Positions 29,649 through 42,848 of a DNA stretch of 64,000 nt are shown here, one piece after another. The translations under genes were made by a program, and so were the position numbers. The number at the start of each line of letters is the position of its first letter. Position 1 is the stretch's first letter. The notes below the pieces were generated by a model, which made no database searches, was not told where the DNA came from, and worked only from the letters and a program-made list of their open reading frames with translations. This DNA is from an uncultured Trueperaceae bacterium. Lineage in GTDB: Bacteria; Deinococcota; Deinococci; Deinococcales; Trueperaceae. The stretch is taken from the NCBI GenBank assembly GCA_963815215.1, contig CAWFFU010000003.1, positions 992,001-1,056,000 on the forward strand. Direction: 5' to 3'.

Positions 29649-31046
29649 TCACATGTGCAGCGCACGGCCGTCGACGGCCAGCGCTGCTTCCTTCACGATC
29701 TCCGACAGCGTCGGGTGCGCGTGAACGGTGCGCGCGAGGTCCTCGGCGCTGGCACCGTAGGTCATGGCCGCCACCGCCTCGGCGATGAGATCGCCGGCTC
29801 GGGCACCCAGGATGTGCACACCGAGCACGCGGTCGGTCTCCTCGTGGGCGAGGATCTTCACCCGGCCCTCGGTCTTGCCGAGCGCGCGGGCGCGCCCGTT
29901 GGCGGAGTACGGGAACACCCCCTTGCGGTAGGGCACCCCGTCCTCCTTCAGGCGTTCCTCGCTGCGCCCCACCGTGGCGATCTCGGGGTCGGTGTAGACG
30001 ATCCCAGGCACCAGATCGTAGTCGACACGGCCGGCTCCGCCGGCGAGGCGCTCCATCAGTGCCACGCCGTCCTCCTCGGCCTTGTGCGCGAGCATGGGAC
30101 CCTCGACGAGGTCGCCGATGGCGTAGACGCCGTCGGCCGAGGTGCGGAAGCCGTCCTCCACCCGCACGCGGCCGCGCTCGCCGAGATCGACGCCGGCGGC
30201 CTCGAGGCCCAGGCCCTCGGTGGCAGGCCTGCGCCCGACCGCGACGAGCACCTTTTCCGCCTCGACCGGCTCGCTTCCTTCGATCTCGACGGTGACCTTG
30301 CGGTTGCCGCCGCGCCCCGACACCCTCGCGCCGGTGACGCGCGCGCCGAGCTGGAAGTCCAGCCCCTGACGCTTGAAGACCTTCAGGGCCTCCTTGGCGG
30401 TCTCCAGGTCCATGCCCGGCAGGATGCGGTCGAAGTACTCGAGGACCGTCACCTCAGCGCCCAGGCGCGACCACACCGAGCCCAGCTCGAGCCCGATGTA
30501 CCCCGCCCCGATGACGACCAGACGCTCGGGCACCGACGCGAAGTCCAGTGCCTCGCTGCTGCTCACCACCGCACTGCCGTCGAAGGCCACGCCGGGCAGG
30601 GATGTCGGTACCGACCCGGTGGCCAGCACGATGTTCGGCGCCTGGAGCTCCTGCTCGCCGTCGTCGCCGTGGACCGCCACCTTGCCGCCGCCGACGAGCT
30701 CGCCCCTGCCCCGGTAGCGGGTGATCTTGTTCTTCTTGAACAGGAAGGCGACCCCATCGGTGTTCTGCTTCACCACGCTGTCCTTGCGGCTCAGCATGGT
30801 CGCGAGATCCAGCGTCACCTCCTTGGCGATGACGCCGTGCTCGGCCAGCCGCTCGCGCGCCTCGAGGTAGCGCTCGCTCGACTCCAGCAGCACTTTGCTG
30901 GGGATGCAACCGACGCGCACGCAGGTGCCGCCGAGCGCCTCCTCCTTCTCCACCACGGCCACGTCGAAGCCGAGCTGCGCGCCGCGCAGGGCGGCGACGT
31001 AGCCGCCCGGCCCGGCACCGAGGATGACGATGTCGTGCTTGGGCAT
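29649..31046 (-). CDS. lpdA: Dihydrolipoamide dehydrogenase (E3)
   Basis: GAGPGGYVAA, GGTCVRVGCIPSK, GAGYIGLE and HAHPTLSE. Confidence 0.96.
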   Translation of the reverse strand: MPKHDIVILGAGPGGYVAALRGAQLGFDVAVVEKEEALGGTCVRVGCIPSKVLLESSERYLEARERLAEHGVIAKEVTLDLATMLSRKDSVVKQNTDGVAFLFKKNKITRYRGRGELVGGGKVAVHGDDGEQELQAPNIVLATGSVPTSLPGVAFDGSAVVSSSEALDFASVPERLVVIGAGYIGLELGSVWSRLGAEVTVLEYFDRILPGMDLETAKEALKVFKRQGLDFQLGARVTGARVSGRGGNRKVTVEIEGSEPVEAEKVLVAVGRRPATEGLGLEAAGVDLGERGRVRVEDGFRTSADGVYAIGDLVEGPMLAHKAEEDGVALMERLAGGAGRVDYDLVPGIVYTDPEIATVGRSEERLKEDGVPYRKGVFPYSANGRARALGKTEGRVKILAHEETDRVLGVHILGARAGDLIAEAVAAMTYGASAEDLARTVHAHPTLSEIVKEAALAVDGRALHM

Positions 31047-31049
31047 GCT

Positions 31050-32309
31050 TCAGACCTCCAGCAACATGCGCGCCGGGCTCTCGATGGCGTCCTTGATGCG
31101 CTTGAGGAAGGTGACCGCTTCGCGGCCATCGACGATGCGGTGATCGTAGGTGAGCGCAAGGTACATCATCGGCCGGATCTCCACCTGACCGCTCACCGCC
31201 ACCGGGCGCTCCTGGATACTGTGCATGCCGAGCACCCCGGACTGGGGCGGGTTGACGATGGGCGTGGACATGAGCGACCCGAACACGCCGCCGTTGCTGA
31301 TGGTGAAGGTGCCGCCCTGGAGCTCCTCGGGGCTGAGCTTGTTGTCGCCGGCGCGCTTGCCGAAGTCGCCGATGACGCTCTCCAGCTCCGCGAAGCTGAG
31401 CCGCTCGGCGTCGCGTACGACCGGCACGACCAGCCCCTTCTTGCTGGAGACCGCCACCCCGATGTCGTAGTAGTTCTTGTAGACGATGGCATCGTCGCGG
31501 ATCTCGGCGTTGAGTTGCGGGATGCGCTTGAGCGCGTCGATGGCGGCCTTGACGAAGAACGACATGAAGCCCAGGCGCACGCCATAACGCTTCTCGAAGT
31601 CGTCGCGGTAGGCCTTGCGCAAGGTCATCACCGCGCTCATGTCCACCTCGTTGAAGGTCGTGAGCAACGCGGCCGTTCGTTGCGCCTCTACCAGCCGCTC
31701 GGCGATGCGGCGGCGGAGCGGGCTGAGGGGAACCGTCTCCTCCTGCCGCTCGTAGCCGCCCTGCCCCTCCGCCGCTCCGCTCCCGGCCGGCTCCGGAACA
31801 CGCCCGCGTTCGGCGGCCCGCCGCTCGCGCTCGGCCACGAAGCGCTGCACGTCCTCCTTCAAGAGGCGCCCGCCCGGCCCGCTGGCGGGCACGTCGCCCG
31901 CTGACAGGTCGTGCTCGTCCAACAGATGCTGGGCGGCCGGCATGACGATGGGGACGTCCCCGCCGGAGGGGCTGGGCGCCCCGGCGGCCGGGGCCGGCAC
32001 GCCCTTCGTGGGCTCGGCGGCCCCCTCGGGCTGTGCGGCCGTCGCGGCGGCCGCACCCGCGCTCGGCGCCGCGCCCTCCTCGATGCGCGCGATGACCTCA
32101 CCGACCTGGGCGGACTCTCCGTCGTGCTTCAGCACCTCACTGAGCACGCCCGAGACCGAGGCCGGAACCTCGAGGGTCGCCTTGTCGGTCTCCACCTCGA
32201 CGAGAGGCTCGTCCTTCTCGACGGCCTCGCCTTCGCGCTTGAGCCAGCTCCCGATGAACACCTCGGTGATCGACTCGCCCACGGAGGGCACCTTCAGGTC
32301 TACAGCCAT
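31050..32309 (-). CDS. sucB: 2-oxoglutarate dehydrogenase E2 (dihydrolipoamide succinyltransferase)
   Basis: Lipoyl domain [10 protein letters not shown]3-binding domain, LTTFNEVDM and [12 protein letters not shown]. Confidence 0.95.
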   Translation of the reverse strand: MAVDLKVPSVGESITEVFIGSWLKREGEAVEKDEPLVEVETDKATLEVPASVSGVLSEVLKHDGESAQVGEVIARIEEGAAPSAGAAAATAAQPEGAAEPTKGVPAPAAGAPSPSGGDVPIVMPAAQHLLDEHDLSAGDVPASGPGGRLLKEDVQRFVAERERRAAERGRVPEPAGSGAAEGQGGYERQEETVPLSPLRRRIAERLVEAQRTAALLTTFNEVDMSAVMTLRKAYRDDFEKRYGVRLGFMSFFVKAAIDALKRIPQLNAEIRDDAIVYKNYYDIGVAVSSKKGLVVPVVRDAERLSFAELESVIGDFGKRAGDNKLSPEELQGGTFTISNGGVFGSLMSTPIVNPPQSGVLGMHSIQERPVAVSGQVEIRPMMYLALTYDHRIVDGREAVTFLKRIKDAIESPARMLLEV

Positions 32310-32340
32310 GACGCATCGCTCCTCACGGTCGTGGGCCGCA

Positions 32341-35142
<2,802 letters not shown>

Positions 35143-35493
35143 GGCCTCACTCCGGCGGCTCGCGGCGCCGTACCGCGTCGGCCCCCGCCCTCGGCGCCCC
35201 CGCTCCGCCACCGATGCGCCCAAGCGCACGCGGCCCACGCCCGGAAGGCTCTGTGAGAGCCCGTCGCGAACGGGGTCATGGGGAGCGAAGGCAGGCTACC
35301 GCGGGGGGTGACCGGCGAAGGATCGTGCCTAGGCATGGTGGATTCGCGCGGCGGGCGGGAGCGCCTCCAACGCGCGCGGGACCTCCTTCATGCGCCCTAC
35401 GTTGTATCACGGGGCTCCCAGCGGTGGCCCCTCCCACACGACGCTCCTGGCAGGCGTGCGAGCGCCGCGGGCGGGCTGCGGTACCCTTGCGCC

Positions 35494-36462
35494 ATGACCG
35501 CATCACCGCAGGCCATCGCCTTGGGGGAGCTTCTCGTCGACTTCGTCCCGGAGGAGAACGGGCGCTCGCTGGCCGACGCGCGGTCCTTCGTCAAGGCCCC
35601 CGGGGGCGCTCCCGCCAACGTCGCCGTGGGCCTCGCGCGACTGGGCGTCGAGGTCGGCTTCATGGGCAAGGTCGGCGACGACCCCTTCGGCCATTTCCTG
35701 AGCGACGTCCTCAGCGACAACGGCGTGGACGTCCGTGAGCTCCGGTTCGACGCGCAGGCCCGCACCGCGCTCGCCTTCGTGTCGCTGACGAGCGCAGGCG
35801 AGCGTGACTTCCTGTTCTACCGGAATCCCAGCGCGGACATGCGGCACCGTCCCGAGGAGGTGAGCGAGGCGTACCTGGCCGGAGCATCGTTGCTCCACAT
35901 CGGCAGCATCAGCCTCATCCAGGAGACCTCCCGCAGCGCCACCCTGCGGGCGCTCGAGCTGGCTGCGGAGCACGGGCTGTGGGTGTCGTACGACGCCAAT
36001 CTGCGTCTGCCCTTGTGGCCTTCGCCGGACGCCGCCCGCAAGGGCATCCGCAGCGTGTGGCGCCGCGCCCAGGTGGTGAAGATCAGCGAGGACGAGCTCG
36101 AGTTCCTCACCGGCGCACGCGACATGGCGGCGGCCCGGACGTTGCGCCATGAGGGCCTGCGGCTGCTCGTCATCACGCGCGGCGATGCCGGCGTCTCGTA
36201 CCTCACGCGTCAGGGCGAGGGCGAGGTGAGCGGCTTCCGGGTCGACACCGTCGACACCACCGGAGCAGGCGACGCCTTCACCGCGGCCCTGCTCGCCAGC
36301 CTGCTGGAGAACGACGCCCTGGAAGCCTCGCGCGGGGCGCTCGAGGCCGCCCTGCGGCGCGCGAACGCCTTCGCGGCCCTCACGACCACGCACCGCGGCG
36401 CCATCCCGGCGCTGCCCTCACGCGAGGCGCTGGAGGCGTTCCTCGCCGAACGCAACGCCTGA
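35494..36462 (+). CDS. PfkB-family carbohydrate kinase (fructokinase-like)
   Basis: GELLVDF, PGGAPANVA, GKVGDDPFG, YDANLR..LW and VDTTGAGDAF. Confidence 0.9.
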   Translation: MTASPQAIALGELLVDFVPEENGRSLADARSFVKAPGGAPANVAVGLARLGVEVGFMGKVGDDPFGHFLSDVLSDNGVDVRELRFDAQARTALAFVSLTSAGERDFLFYRNPSADMRHRPEEVSEAYLAGASLLHIGSISLIQETSRSATLRALELAAEHGLWVSYDANLRLPLWPSPDAARKGIRSVWRRAQVVKISEDELEFLTGARDMAAARTLRHEGLRLLVITRGDAGVSYLTRQGEGEVSGFRVDTVDTTGAGDAFTAALLASLLENDALEASRGALEAALRRANAFAALTTTHRGAIPALPSREALEAFLAERNA

Positions 36463-36582
36463 TCCCGCCCTTCCGCCCCGCTGCCCGCGCCCATGGGAGC
36501 GGTGGCGCAGTTGGCGGCGCCACTGGGAACGGCGGAGACGACCCCCAGCCGGACGTGAAGATCTCCGGCGCGGATCCGACAC

Positions 36583-36622
36583 GAAAACGGCGCCCTGCGG
36601 GCGCCTGTCCTTGATTCGATGT
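36583..36622 (-). ncRNA. Candidate ~40-nt small RNA ending in an intrinsic terminator
   Basis: Follows a consensus promoter. Predicted sequence ACAUCGAAUCAAGGACA-GGCGCCC-gca-GGGCGCC-GUUUUC, with no start codon. Confidence 0.5.
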
Positions 36623-36628
36623 GAAGGT

Positions 36629-36657
36629 ATTATACGGCGTTATGCAGCATTCGTCAA
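36629..36657 (-). promoter_or_regulatory. Near-consensus sigma70 promoter with ATGCAGCA direct repeats flanking the -35
   Basis: Minus strand TTGACG (36657-36652), 17 bp, TATAAT (36634-36629). Repeats at 36642-36649 and 36662-36669. Confidence 0.8.
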
Positions 36658-36774
36658 GATGATGCAGCAACGCGTCGCCCGGAGCGAGCCAAACGTGGTG
36701 CGATCGGTCCCGAACGACCGAAGTCTGCCTTCGACGGCGCCACTTCGCGACCGTGCCCGTGGCAGACTGATGGG

Positions 36775-37791
36775 ATGAGCCCGGCCGCCACCCCTGCGTT
36801 CCCCACCCCCGCCGACCTCGAACGCGCCCAGGACCACGTAGCGGGCGCCGCACTACGCACGCCGCTGATCCGCCTCGATGCCGAGGGGCCGGGCGGCGGG
36901 CCCGTCTACGTCAAGCCCGAGAACCTGCAGCGCACCGGGTCGTTCAAGCTGCGGGGCGCGCTCAACTTCCTCGCCTCGCTCCCCGATGCGACCCGCGCCC
37001 GCGGCGTGGTGACGCACTCCAGCGGCAACCACGCCCAGGGTGTCGCCTACGCGGCCCGCCACTTCGGAGTCGACGCCACCATCGTCATCCCCGAGGGCGC
37101 GCCGCGCGTAAAGGTGGAAGGCACGCGGGCGCTCGGCGCCGAGGTGGTGCGGTGCGCGAACACGCAGGCCTCACGTCACGAGACGGCGGAGGCCATCGCG
37201 CGGGCGTCCGGCGCTACGCTCGTTCCCCCCTACGATCACCCTTGGATCGTGGCCGGCCAGGCCACCGTCGGCCTCGAGATCGCCGACGATCTCCCCGACG
37301 TCGCCAACGTGTTGGTCCCCATCGGTGGCGGCGGCCTGTCGTCCGGAGTGGCCCTGGCGCTGGCGCACCGTGCGCCGGGCGCGCGCGTGGTCGGTGTCGA
37401 GCCCGAGCTCGCGGCCGATGCCCGCGCCTCGCTGCTGGCGGGCGAGCGCATCGCCTGGCCGGCCGAGGACGTGACGCGCACGCTTGCCGACGGCGTCCGC
37501 ACGCAGAGCATCGGCGAGCTCAACTTCCGCGTCCTGCTCCGTCACCTCGCCGGCGTCCAGACGGTGCGCGAGGACGAGATCCGCAGCGCGACTCGCTGGT
37601 ACGCACGCCGTGCCCGGCTGGTGGTCGAACCGACCGGAGCTCTGACGCTGGCGGCGCTGCGCCGCCTGCTGGACGGCTCCGGCGACGGGCCCGTCCTCGC
37701 CGACGGCCCGACCGTGCTCGTCATCTCGGGCGGGAACGTCGACGACGATCTGCTGTGCAGCTTGCTGCTGGAGACGTCCGCGCGACCCTGA
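36775..37791 (+). CDS. Threonine/serine dehydratase (catabolic type, no ACT domain)
   Basis: KPENLQRTGSFKLRGA, SSGNHAQG, PIGGGGL, VVEPTGA and SGGN. Confidence 0.9.
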   Translation: MSPAATPAFPTPADLERAQDHVAGAALRTPLIRLDAEGPGGGPVYVKPENLQRTGSFKLRGALNFLASLPDATRARGVVTHSSGNHAQGVAYAARHFGVDATIVIPEGAPRVKVEGTRALGAEVVRCANTQASRHETAEAIARASGATLVPPYDHPWIVAGQATVGLEIADDLPDVANVLVPIGGGGLSSGVALALAHRAPGARVVGVEPELAADARASLLAGERIAWPAEDVTRTLADGVRTQSIGELNFRVLLRHLAGVQTVREDEIRSATRWYARRARLVVEPTGALTLAALRRLLDGSGDGPVLADGPTVLVISGGNVDDDLLCSLLLETSARP

Positions 37792-37851
37792 TCGTGGCGG
37801 CGCGCGGCGGCGCGCATTGTCCTCCAGGATGCTCTGGACTATCCTGGGAGG

Positions 37852-38130
37852 GTGTCGGCACTCGTGGTCATGCTCCTTCTCGGCTTCCTGCTTGTGATCG
37901 CCGCGAGCCTCACGATCTGGGCCGCGTTGACCGTCAACGAACACGCGGGCGCTCCGCCGCGCGCGGCGGAGGCCGAGCGCCCGGCGATGCCGCTCGCCGG
38001 CGTCGAGCCCCCCAGCAACGACGACGTCCGCGGCGCGCGGGCCCTCGTGACGCGGCGCCCGACCGGATCCGACGACGCCTTCGAGCGCTTCCTACGCTCG
38101 GATTCCCGCCGCGACGAGACCGACTTCTGA
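37852..38130 (+). CDS. Small single-TM hypothetical protein
   Basis: N-terminal hydrophobic helix and C-terminal DDAFERFL. TATCCT sits 6 nt before the GTG. Confidence 0.6.
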   Translation: MSALVVMLLLGFLLVIAASLTIWAALTVNEHAGAPPRAAEAERPAMPLAGVEPPSNDDVRGARALVTRRPTGSDDAFERFLRSDSRRDETDF

Positions 38131-38140
38131 GGTCGCGGGG

Positions 38141-39661
38141 TCACCGGTCCGGACGTTCGGGAGGGCGAGGCCTCGGTGGACCGGACGCGGGAGCCAGGTC
38201 TCGGCGGCCCGGCGCCGCGTTGGCGGCGACCTGCCGGATCCTCGACCGGCGCCCGGCGAGGCGGACCAGCAAGTGGATCACCCCGGCCGCCAGCAGCGCG
38301 GAGACCACGACCAGCGTGGCCGGCAGCAACTCGTTCATCCAGCCGGGCTTCGCCAGCATCACCACGGCAAGGAACAGCATCACCATGCCGCCCACTAGCT
38401 TGAGAAGTCGTCCCTGACGCTCTTCTAGCCGCGTCACGCGCAACGTCACCACGGCCGCGCCGAACAGCGCCATCTCGTCGATCAGGAACACCACCAGGTA
38501 GACCAGCAGCAGGCCGCCGAACGCCGCCGGACCCGGATTCCACTGGACCATCAGATTGGCCCACAGCATCGGGAAGCCCACCGTGCACGGCAGCTCGAAG
38601 ATCGTGACGCCGGCCGCCATGGCCGCGGTGGCGCCGAGCATGGCCACGGTGCTGCGTTCGCGGGCCATCACCCCGCGGATGCCCCGGTAGATGCCGGGCT
38701 TGCTGCCCTCGGGGATCGTCAGCGACGGTCCCCGCCCCCACCAGACATAGTCTTTGAGGTTGATCGCGGCGAATGTCAGTGCGATCAGCGCTACCCCCAC
38801 ACGCACCCACGGCAACATCGCTACCAGCGCGAGGAGGTTGACCAAGCCCGCCAGCAGCAGGGCGTAGACGACGGCGGCGACCACCAGGAAGGTCGTGCCG
38901 ATGAGCAGCACCTTGCGGCGCGAGCGGGTGTTGATGACCACCGCCAGCAGCAGCGAGAGCACCCACAGCGAGCAGGGGTTGAAGCCGTCGATGAACGCGA
39001 TCAGGGCGGTGGTGGCGAGCTCCGAGCGCCCCGCCAGCGCGACCTCGCCGATCAGCGGCAGCGTCAGCGGCTCGAGCGTCGCAGCGCTCGCCGCCGCGCC
39101 GGAGCCGGCCGCGGCCGGCGGCGACCCGGGCGACGATCCGGCGGTCGGCCCCGCTACCGATCCCGCGGCTTCCGTCACGCGCTGCCACGCGTCGGGACAA
39201 CCGCGCTCCAGGCAGTCCGTCACCCGCGCCTCCACGCGCCGGGCCACCGCATCGGAGAAGCCGATGTAGACCTCGTCCCCGACCAGGATGGTGGGGACTG
39301 AGCCGGGCTCGAACCCGAACGAACGTCCGGCGGCGGCGAACAGGCGGCGGTTGCCCTCGTCGTTGTACACCTCGAGGCTCCGCAAGGTGACACGGTCGTC
39401 GGCCGCCAGGCCCTCCAGGAAGGGCTTGGCGACGGCGCAATGAGGGCAACTCTCACCGTAGAACAGCACGATGTCGGCCCCCGCGGCACGGGCGCCCGGC
39501 CCCAGCAGCGCCAGAGTCGCCAGCAGCGCCAGGGCCGGCCATGCGAGCGCGCGGCGCTGCCTGGACGAACGGGCGCCTCCGGCTTCCTCGATCGACGGCC
39601 GCCCCATCCCCACCGCGACCGGACGCGGACGACCCCTGTCGCTCCAGCGCATCGGACTCAT
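38141..39661 (-). CDS. Thioredoxin-fold (CPHC) plus DsbD/CcdA-like transmembrane redox protein
   Basis: Signal-like segment, FYGESCPHC...SVPTI, and TM domain with DGFNPCSLWVL and FELPCTVGFP. Start uncertain. Confidence 0.8.
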   Translation of the reverse strand: MSPMRWSDRGRPRPVAVGMGRPSIEEAGGARSSRQRRALAWPALALLATLALLGPGARAAGADIVLFYGESCPHCAVAKPFLEGLAADDRVTLRSLEVYNDEGNRRLFAAAGRSFGFEPGSVPTILVGDEVYIGFSDAVARRVEARVTDCLERGCPDAWQRVTEAAGSVAGPTAGSSPGSPPAAAGSGAAASAATLEPLTLPLIGEVALAGRSELATTALIAFIDGFNPCSLWVLSLLLAVVINTRSRRKVLLIGTTFLVVAAVVYALLLAGLVNLLALVAMLPWVRVGVALIALTFAAINLKDYVWWGRGPSLTIPEGSKPGIYRGIRGVMARERSTVAMLGATAAMAAGVTIFELPCTVGFPMLWANLMVQWNPGPAAFGGLLLVYLVVFLIDEMALFGAAVVTLRVTRLEERQGRLLKLVGGMVMLFLAVVMLAKPGWMNELLPATLVVVSALLAAGVIHLLVRLAGRRSRIRQVAANAAPGRRDLAPASGPPRPRPPERPDR

Positions 39662-39775
39662 GACCCAACGCTAGGCCGCCGCGACCCACCTCGTCGTCGG
39701 TCCCTCCTGGACACGCGCCGTAGGAGCTTGTCCGACAGCCCGCCGCACGCCGCCCCGCCACGATAGACTCGCCGG

Positions 39776-40930
39776 GTGAAGGCCCCCACCCGCCTGCAAC
39801 GGCTGGCCACGTTCAACGCCATCGGTGAGGCGTTGAACGCCGCGCCGACGTTCGCCGAAGGGGCGCCCGAAGCGCTCCGCCGGCTGCTCTCGCGTGTGGG
39901 CCTCAGCACCGGTTGGCTGTTCCTCTCCAACGTCGACGAGGGCGATACCCACCGTGGGAGCTTCCGACTGGCGGCCTCCACCGGCCTGCCTCCCGCCCTG
40001 GAGAGCAACGACCAGGGCCCGCTCCGGGAGGCGGGGTGCGAGTGTCAACGGTTGCTCGAGCGTGGGCAGCTCGATCGCGGCGTCAACATGGTGGCCTGCA
40101 GTCGGTTACGGGACGCCGCCGGAGACACGGGTGGGCTCGCGATCCACGCCAGCGTGCCGTTGCCCGGACGCCACGGGCCCGTCGGCATCCTCAACCTGGC
40201 GGCGCCCGGGGAGAAGCGCTTCGACGAGGAGACGCTGGCGTTCCTGTCCGCGGTAGGCAGACAGCTGGCGGTGGCCTTCGAGCGCTCGCGCCTGCTCGAC
40301 GAACGCACCCGTCACGCGCGCTACACCGCCACCCTGGAGGAGCGCCAGCGCCTCGCCCGCGACATGCACGACTCCCTGGCGCAGCTGCTGTTCGCCGCCG
40401 ACCTGTCCCTGAACGTTGCGGCGCGGCATCCGGAGGCCGACCGTCGCCAGGCCGCCCTCGCGGATGCGGGCGAGGCGGTACGGGCTGCACTCGGGGAGCT
40501 GCGCTCGCTGGTGGAGGTGATGCGCCCGGCGGATCTGTCGGCCGGGCTGCAGGCTGCGCTCGAGCGGCTGGCGCAACGCACCCGCGCCGCGCTCCGGGTG
40601 CAGCTCGAGACGGTGGCGGCCGAGCCGTCCCCCGAGCTGGCCGAGGTCCTCTACCGCGTCGCCCAGGAAGCCGTGCACAACACCCTCCGCCACGCCGACG
40701 CCGAGCACGTATGGCTGCGCCTGGACGCCTTGGGCCCGGGCCTGCGCCTGAGCATCGAGGACGACGGCGTCGGCTTCGGCACGGACCCGGCCGCCTGCGT
40801 CGGGCGCGGCTTCGGGCTCGCCGGCATGCGTGAGCGCGCCGCCGCCGTGGGCGGCAGCGTGCGGCTCGAGCACCGGCCGGGCGGTGGCGCCCGCGTCGTC
40901 GTCGAGGTCCCGTGGCAACCCGCGTCCTGA
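39776..40930 (+). CDS. GAF-domain sensor histidine kinase (HisKA_3)
   Basis: Cys-containing GAF (CECQ...VACSRL), EERQRLARDMHDS, QEAVHN..RHA, DDGVGF and GFGLAGMRERA. Confidence 0.92.
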   Translation: MKAPTRLQRLATFNAIGEALNAAPTFAEGAPEALRRLLSRVGLSTGWLFLSNVDEGDTHRGSFRLAASTGLPPALESNDQGPLREAGCECQRLLERGQLDRGVNMVACSRLRDAAGDTGGLAIHASVPLPGRHGPVGILNLAAPGEKRFDEETLAFLSAVGRQLAVAFERSRLLDERTRHARYTATLEERQRLARDMHDSLAQLLFAADLSLNVAARHPEADRRQAALADAGEAVRAALGELRSLVEVMRPADLSAGLQAALERLAQRTRAALRVQLETVAAEPSPELAEVLYRVAQEAVHNTLRHADAEHVWLRLDALGPGLRLSIEDDGVGFGTDPAACVGRGFGLAGMRERAAAVGGSVRLEHRPGGGARVVVEVPWQPAS

Positions 40931-41517
40931 TCGTCGACGATCACCCGGTGGTGCGGGCGGGTCTCCGTGCCTTCCTCGATCTCCAGCAGGACTTCGAGGT
41001 CGTCGCGGAGGCGGGCTCGCTGGCCGAGGCTCGCGAGCGCGCCCGCCGGCATGCCCCGGAGCTCGTTCTGCTCGACCTCCAGCTGCCCGACGGCAACGGC
41101 CTGGCGATCATCGGAGAGCTCGCGCGGATCGGTCGTGTGCTGGTGCTCACCAGCTTCCTCGACGAGGGCAAGGTACGGGAGGCGATGCGTCGGGGCGCCT
41201 CCGGCTACCTGCTCAAGCACGCGGGGCCGGACGCCCTGCTCGACAAGCTTCGCGCGTCCCTGCGGGGGGAGGTGCCGCTCGACCCCGAAGCGGTTCGCGC
41301 CCTGGCCGTGCCCGACGTCGATCCGCTCGAGACGCTGACGCCGCGTGAGCGCGAGGTGCTGGGTCTGATGGCGGAAGGGATGTCCAATAAGCGCATCGCC
41401 CGGCACCTCGGCATCAGCGAGAAGACCGTCAAGACGCACGCCGGCCACGTCTTCGCCAAGCTGGCCGTGGACGATCGACTGCAGGCGGTGCTCGTCGCCA
41501 AGGAGCACGGGCTCTAG
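40912..41517 (+). CDS. NarL/LuxR-family response regulator
   Basis: VDDHPVVR, LLDLQLP and LTPREREVL...SNKRIA..L.ISEKTVKTH. Confidence 0.94.
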   Translation: MATRVLIVDDHPVVRAGLRAFLDLQQDFEVVAEAGSLAEARERARRHAPELVLLDLQLPDGNGLAIIGELARIGRVLVLTSFLDEGKVREAMRRGASGYLLKHAGPDALLDKLRASLRGEVPLDPEAVRALAVPDVDPLETLTPREREVLGLMAEGMSNKRIARHLGISEKTVKTHAGHVFAKLAVDDRLQAVLVAKEHGL

Positions 41518-41541
41518 TTAGCCGGGCAGGGCGGCGACCCT

Positions 41542-42408
41542 TCAGTGCGGGCCGCGGTCCATCGCCACCACCGGATCGGTGCTCTCGACGTTCAACTCGA
41601 TCACCGGCGGCGCCTCGCGCAGTAGGCGCCGCCGCAGGTCGCGGGCCACGCCCGCCAGCATGCGCCGGGGGGTCAGCATGCTGCGCGTCAGGCCGGTCCT
41701 GCCATCGGTCGCGGCGGACGCCAGCTCGAGCACGATCTCGGCCGGTACCGAGGGATCCTCACCCCACAACCGCAGCACCGTCGCGAACGGCCGCAGCTTC
41801 GCTTCGTAGCCCCGGACCGCGCGCACCTCCCCCACCAGATCGGTGAGCATGAGGCCGGGGTTGAAGGCGAACACGCCGACGCCGCGCCCCTGTGTCTCGC
41901 GGGCGAGCGCAAGCGTGAACGATCGCACCCAGGCCTTGGACGACGCGTAGGCGTTCTGGTTGACCACCGGACCGCGTTCGCCCCGACCCAGGATGTTGAT
42001 GAGCTTGCCCCCGCCCAGCGCCAGGAAGTGGCGGCTGGCCGCCATCGAACCGAAGTAGACGCCGCGAACGTTGGTGTCGAGCACGCGCAGGAAGTCCTCG
42101 TCGGCGATGGCCGGCGTGGGGCCGTAGGCTCCGGAGACACCGGCGTTGTTGACCCAGACGTCGAGGCGCCCGAATCGCTCCAGTGCCGCGCCCAGCAGCG
42201 CCTCGTGAGCTTCCCTGCGCGACACGTCGGCTACCACGCCTTCCACGACATCGGGCCCCAGCATGGCGACGGCGTCCTCCACGGCGGCGGCCGTGCGCGA
42301 GCTCACCACCACGTGGGCGCCTTCCCGAACGAACGCCCTGGCGATGGCGAGGCCGAGCCCACGCGTGCTCCCGGTAACGACGGCGGTCTGCCCCTGCAAG
42401 CGCATCAT
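41542..42408 (-). CDS. SDR-family oxidoreductase
   Basis: TGSTRGLG, WVNNAG and YASSK. Confidence 0.9.
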   Translation of the reverse strand: MMRLQGQTAVVTGSTRGLGLAIARAFVREGAHVVVSSRTAAAVEDAVAMLGPDVVEGVVADVSRREAHEALLGAALERFGRLDVWVNNAGVSGAYGPTPAIADEDFLRVLDTNVRGVYFGSMAASRHFLALGGGKLINILGRGERGPVVNQNAYASSKAWVRSFTLALARETQGRGVGVFAFNPGLMLTDLVGEVRAVRGYEAKLRPFATVLRLWGEDPSVPAEIVLELASAATDGRTGLTRSMLTPRRMLAGVARDLRRRLLREAPPVIELNVESTDPVVAMDRGPH

Positions 42409-42436
42409 GCTCCTACCCTACCTCCCGGCACCGGCC

Positions 42437-42452
42437 TGCGACTTTGGTCGCA
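42437..42452. promoter_or_regulatory. Inverted repeat TGCGAC-tttg-GTCGCA, candidate response-regulator site
   Basis: Perfect 6-4-6 palindrome in the divergent intergenic region, with an extra TGCGAC half-site at 42461. Confidence 0.6.
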
Positions 42453-42524
42453 CGCGCCCCTGCGACGCTCCGCCGAGGCGCCGGTCCCGGCGCGCCGCCG
42501 ATACTTCGGGCTGGAGGTGCAGCC

Positions 42525-42848
42525 ATGCCCTTGGAACATGCCCCCTCGACCGAGATCCTCTTCCGAAGCCTGCAACACGACCGCGCGCGGAACGCCCGGC
42601 ACCACGCGCGCCGGCAACGGGCGCACGCGATCCTCCGCGGCGCTCCGGTCGGCCACCGGCTCGCCGTGGCCCTGCGACACATCCGGTCGGCGGCCGCTCG
42701 TGCTGCCGGCCGGGCCGGCGACAACGCTGGCGACAACGGTCGCACACGCTCGACGAGCGAGAGCGTCACGCGCCCCCCGGCCTCGCATCCGGAGCCGGGC
42801 GCCCACCGCTCGACGACCACGGGCGTCCCCTGCCCGAGCTGCGCATGA
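42525..42848 (+). CDS. Small hypothetical protein, first gene of the SDR-queA-like operon
   Basis: GGAGG RBS. The stop overlaps the next ATG (ATGA), and the protein ends in CPSC. Confidence 0.5.
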   Translation: MPLEHAPSTEILFRSLQHDRARNARHHARRQRAHAILRGAPVGHRLAVALRHIRSAAARAAGRAGDNAGDNGRTRSTSESVTRPPASHPEPGAHRSTTTGVPCPSCA

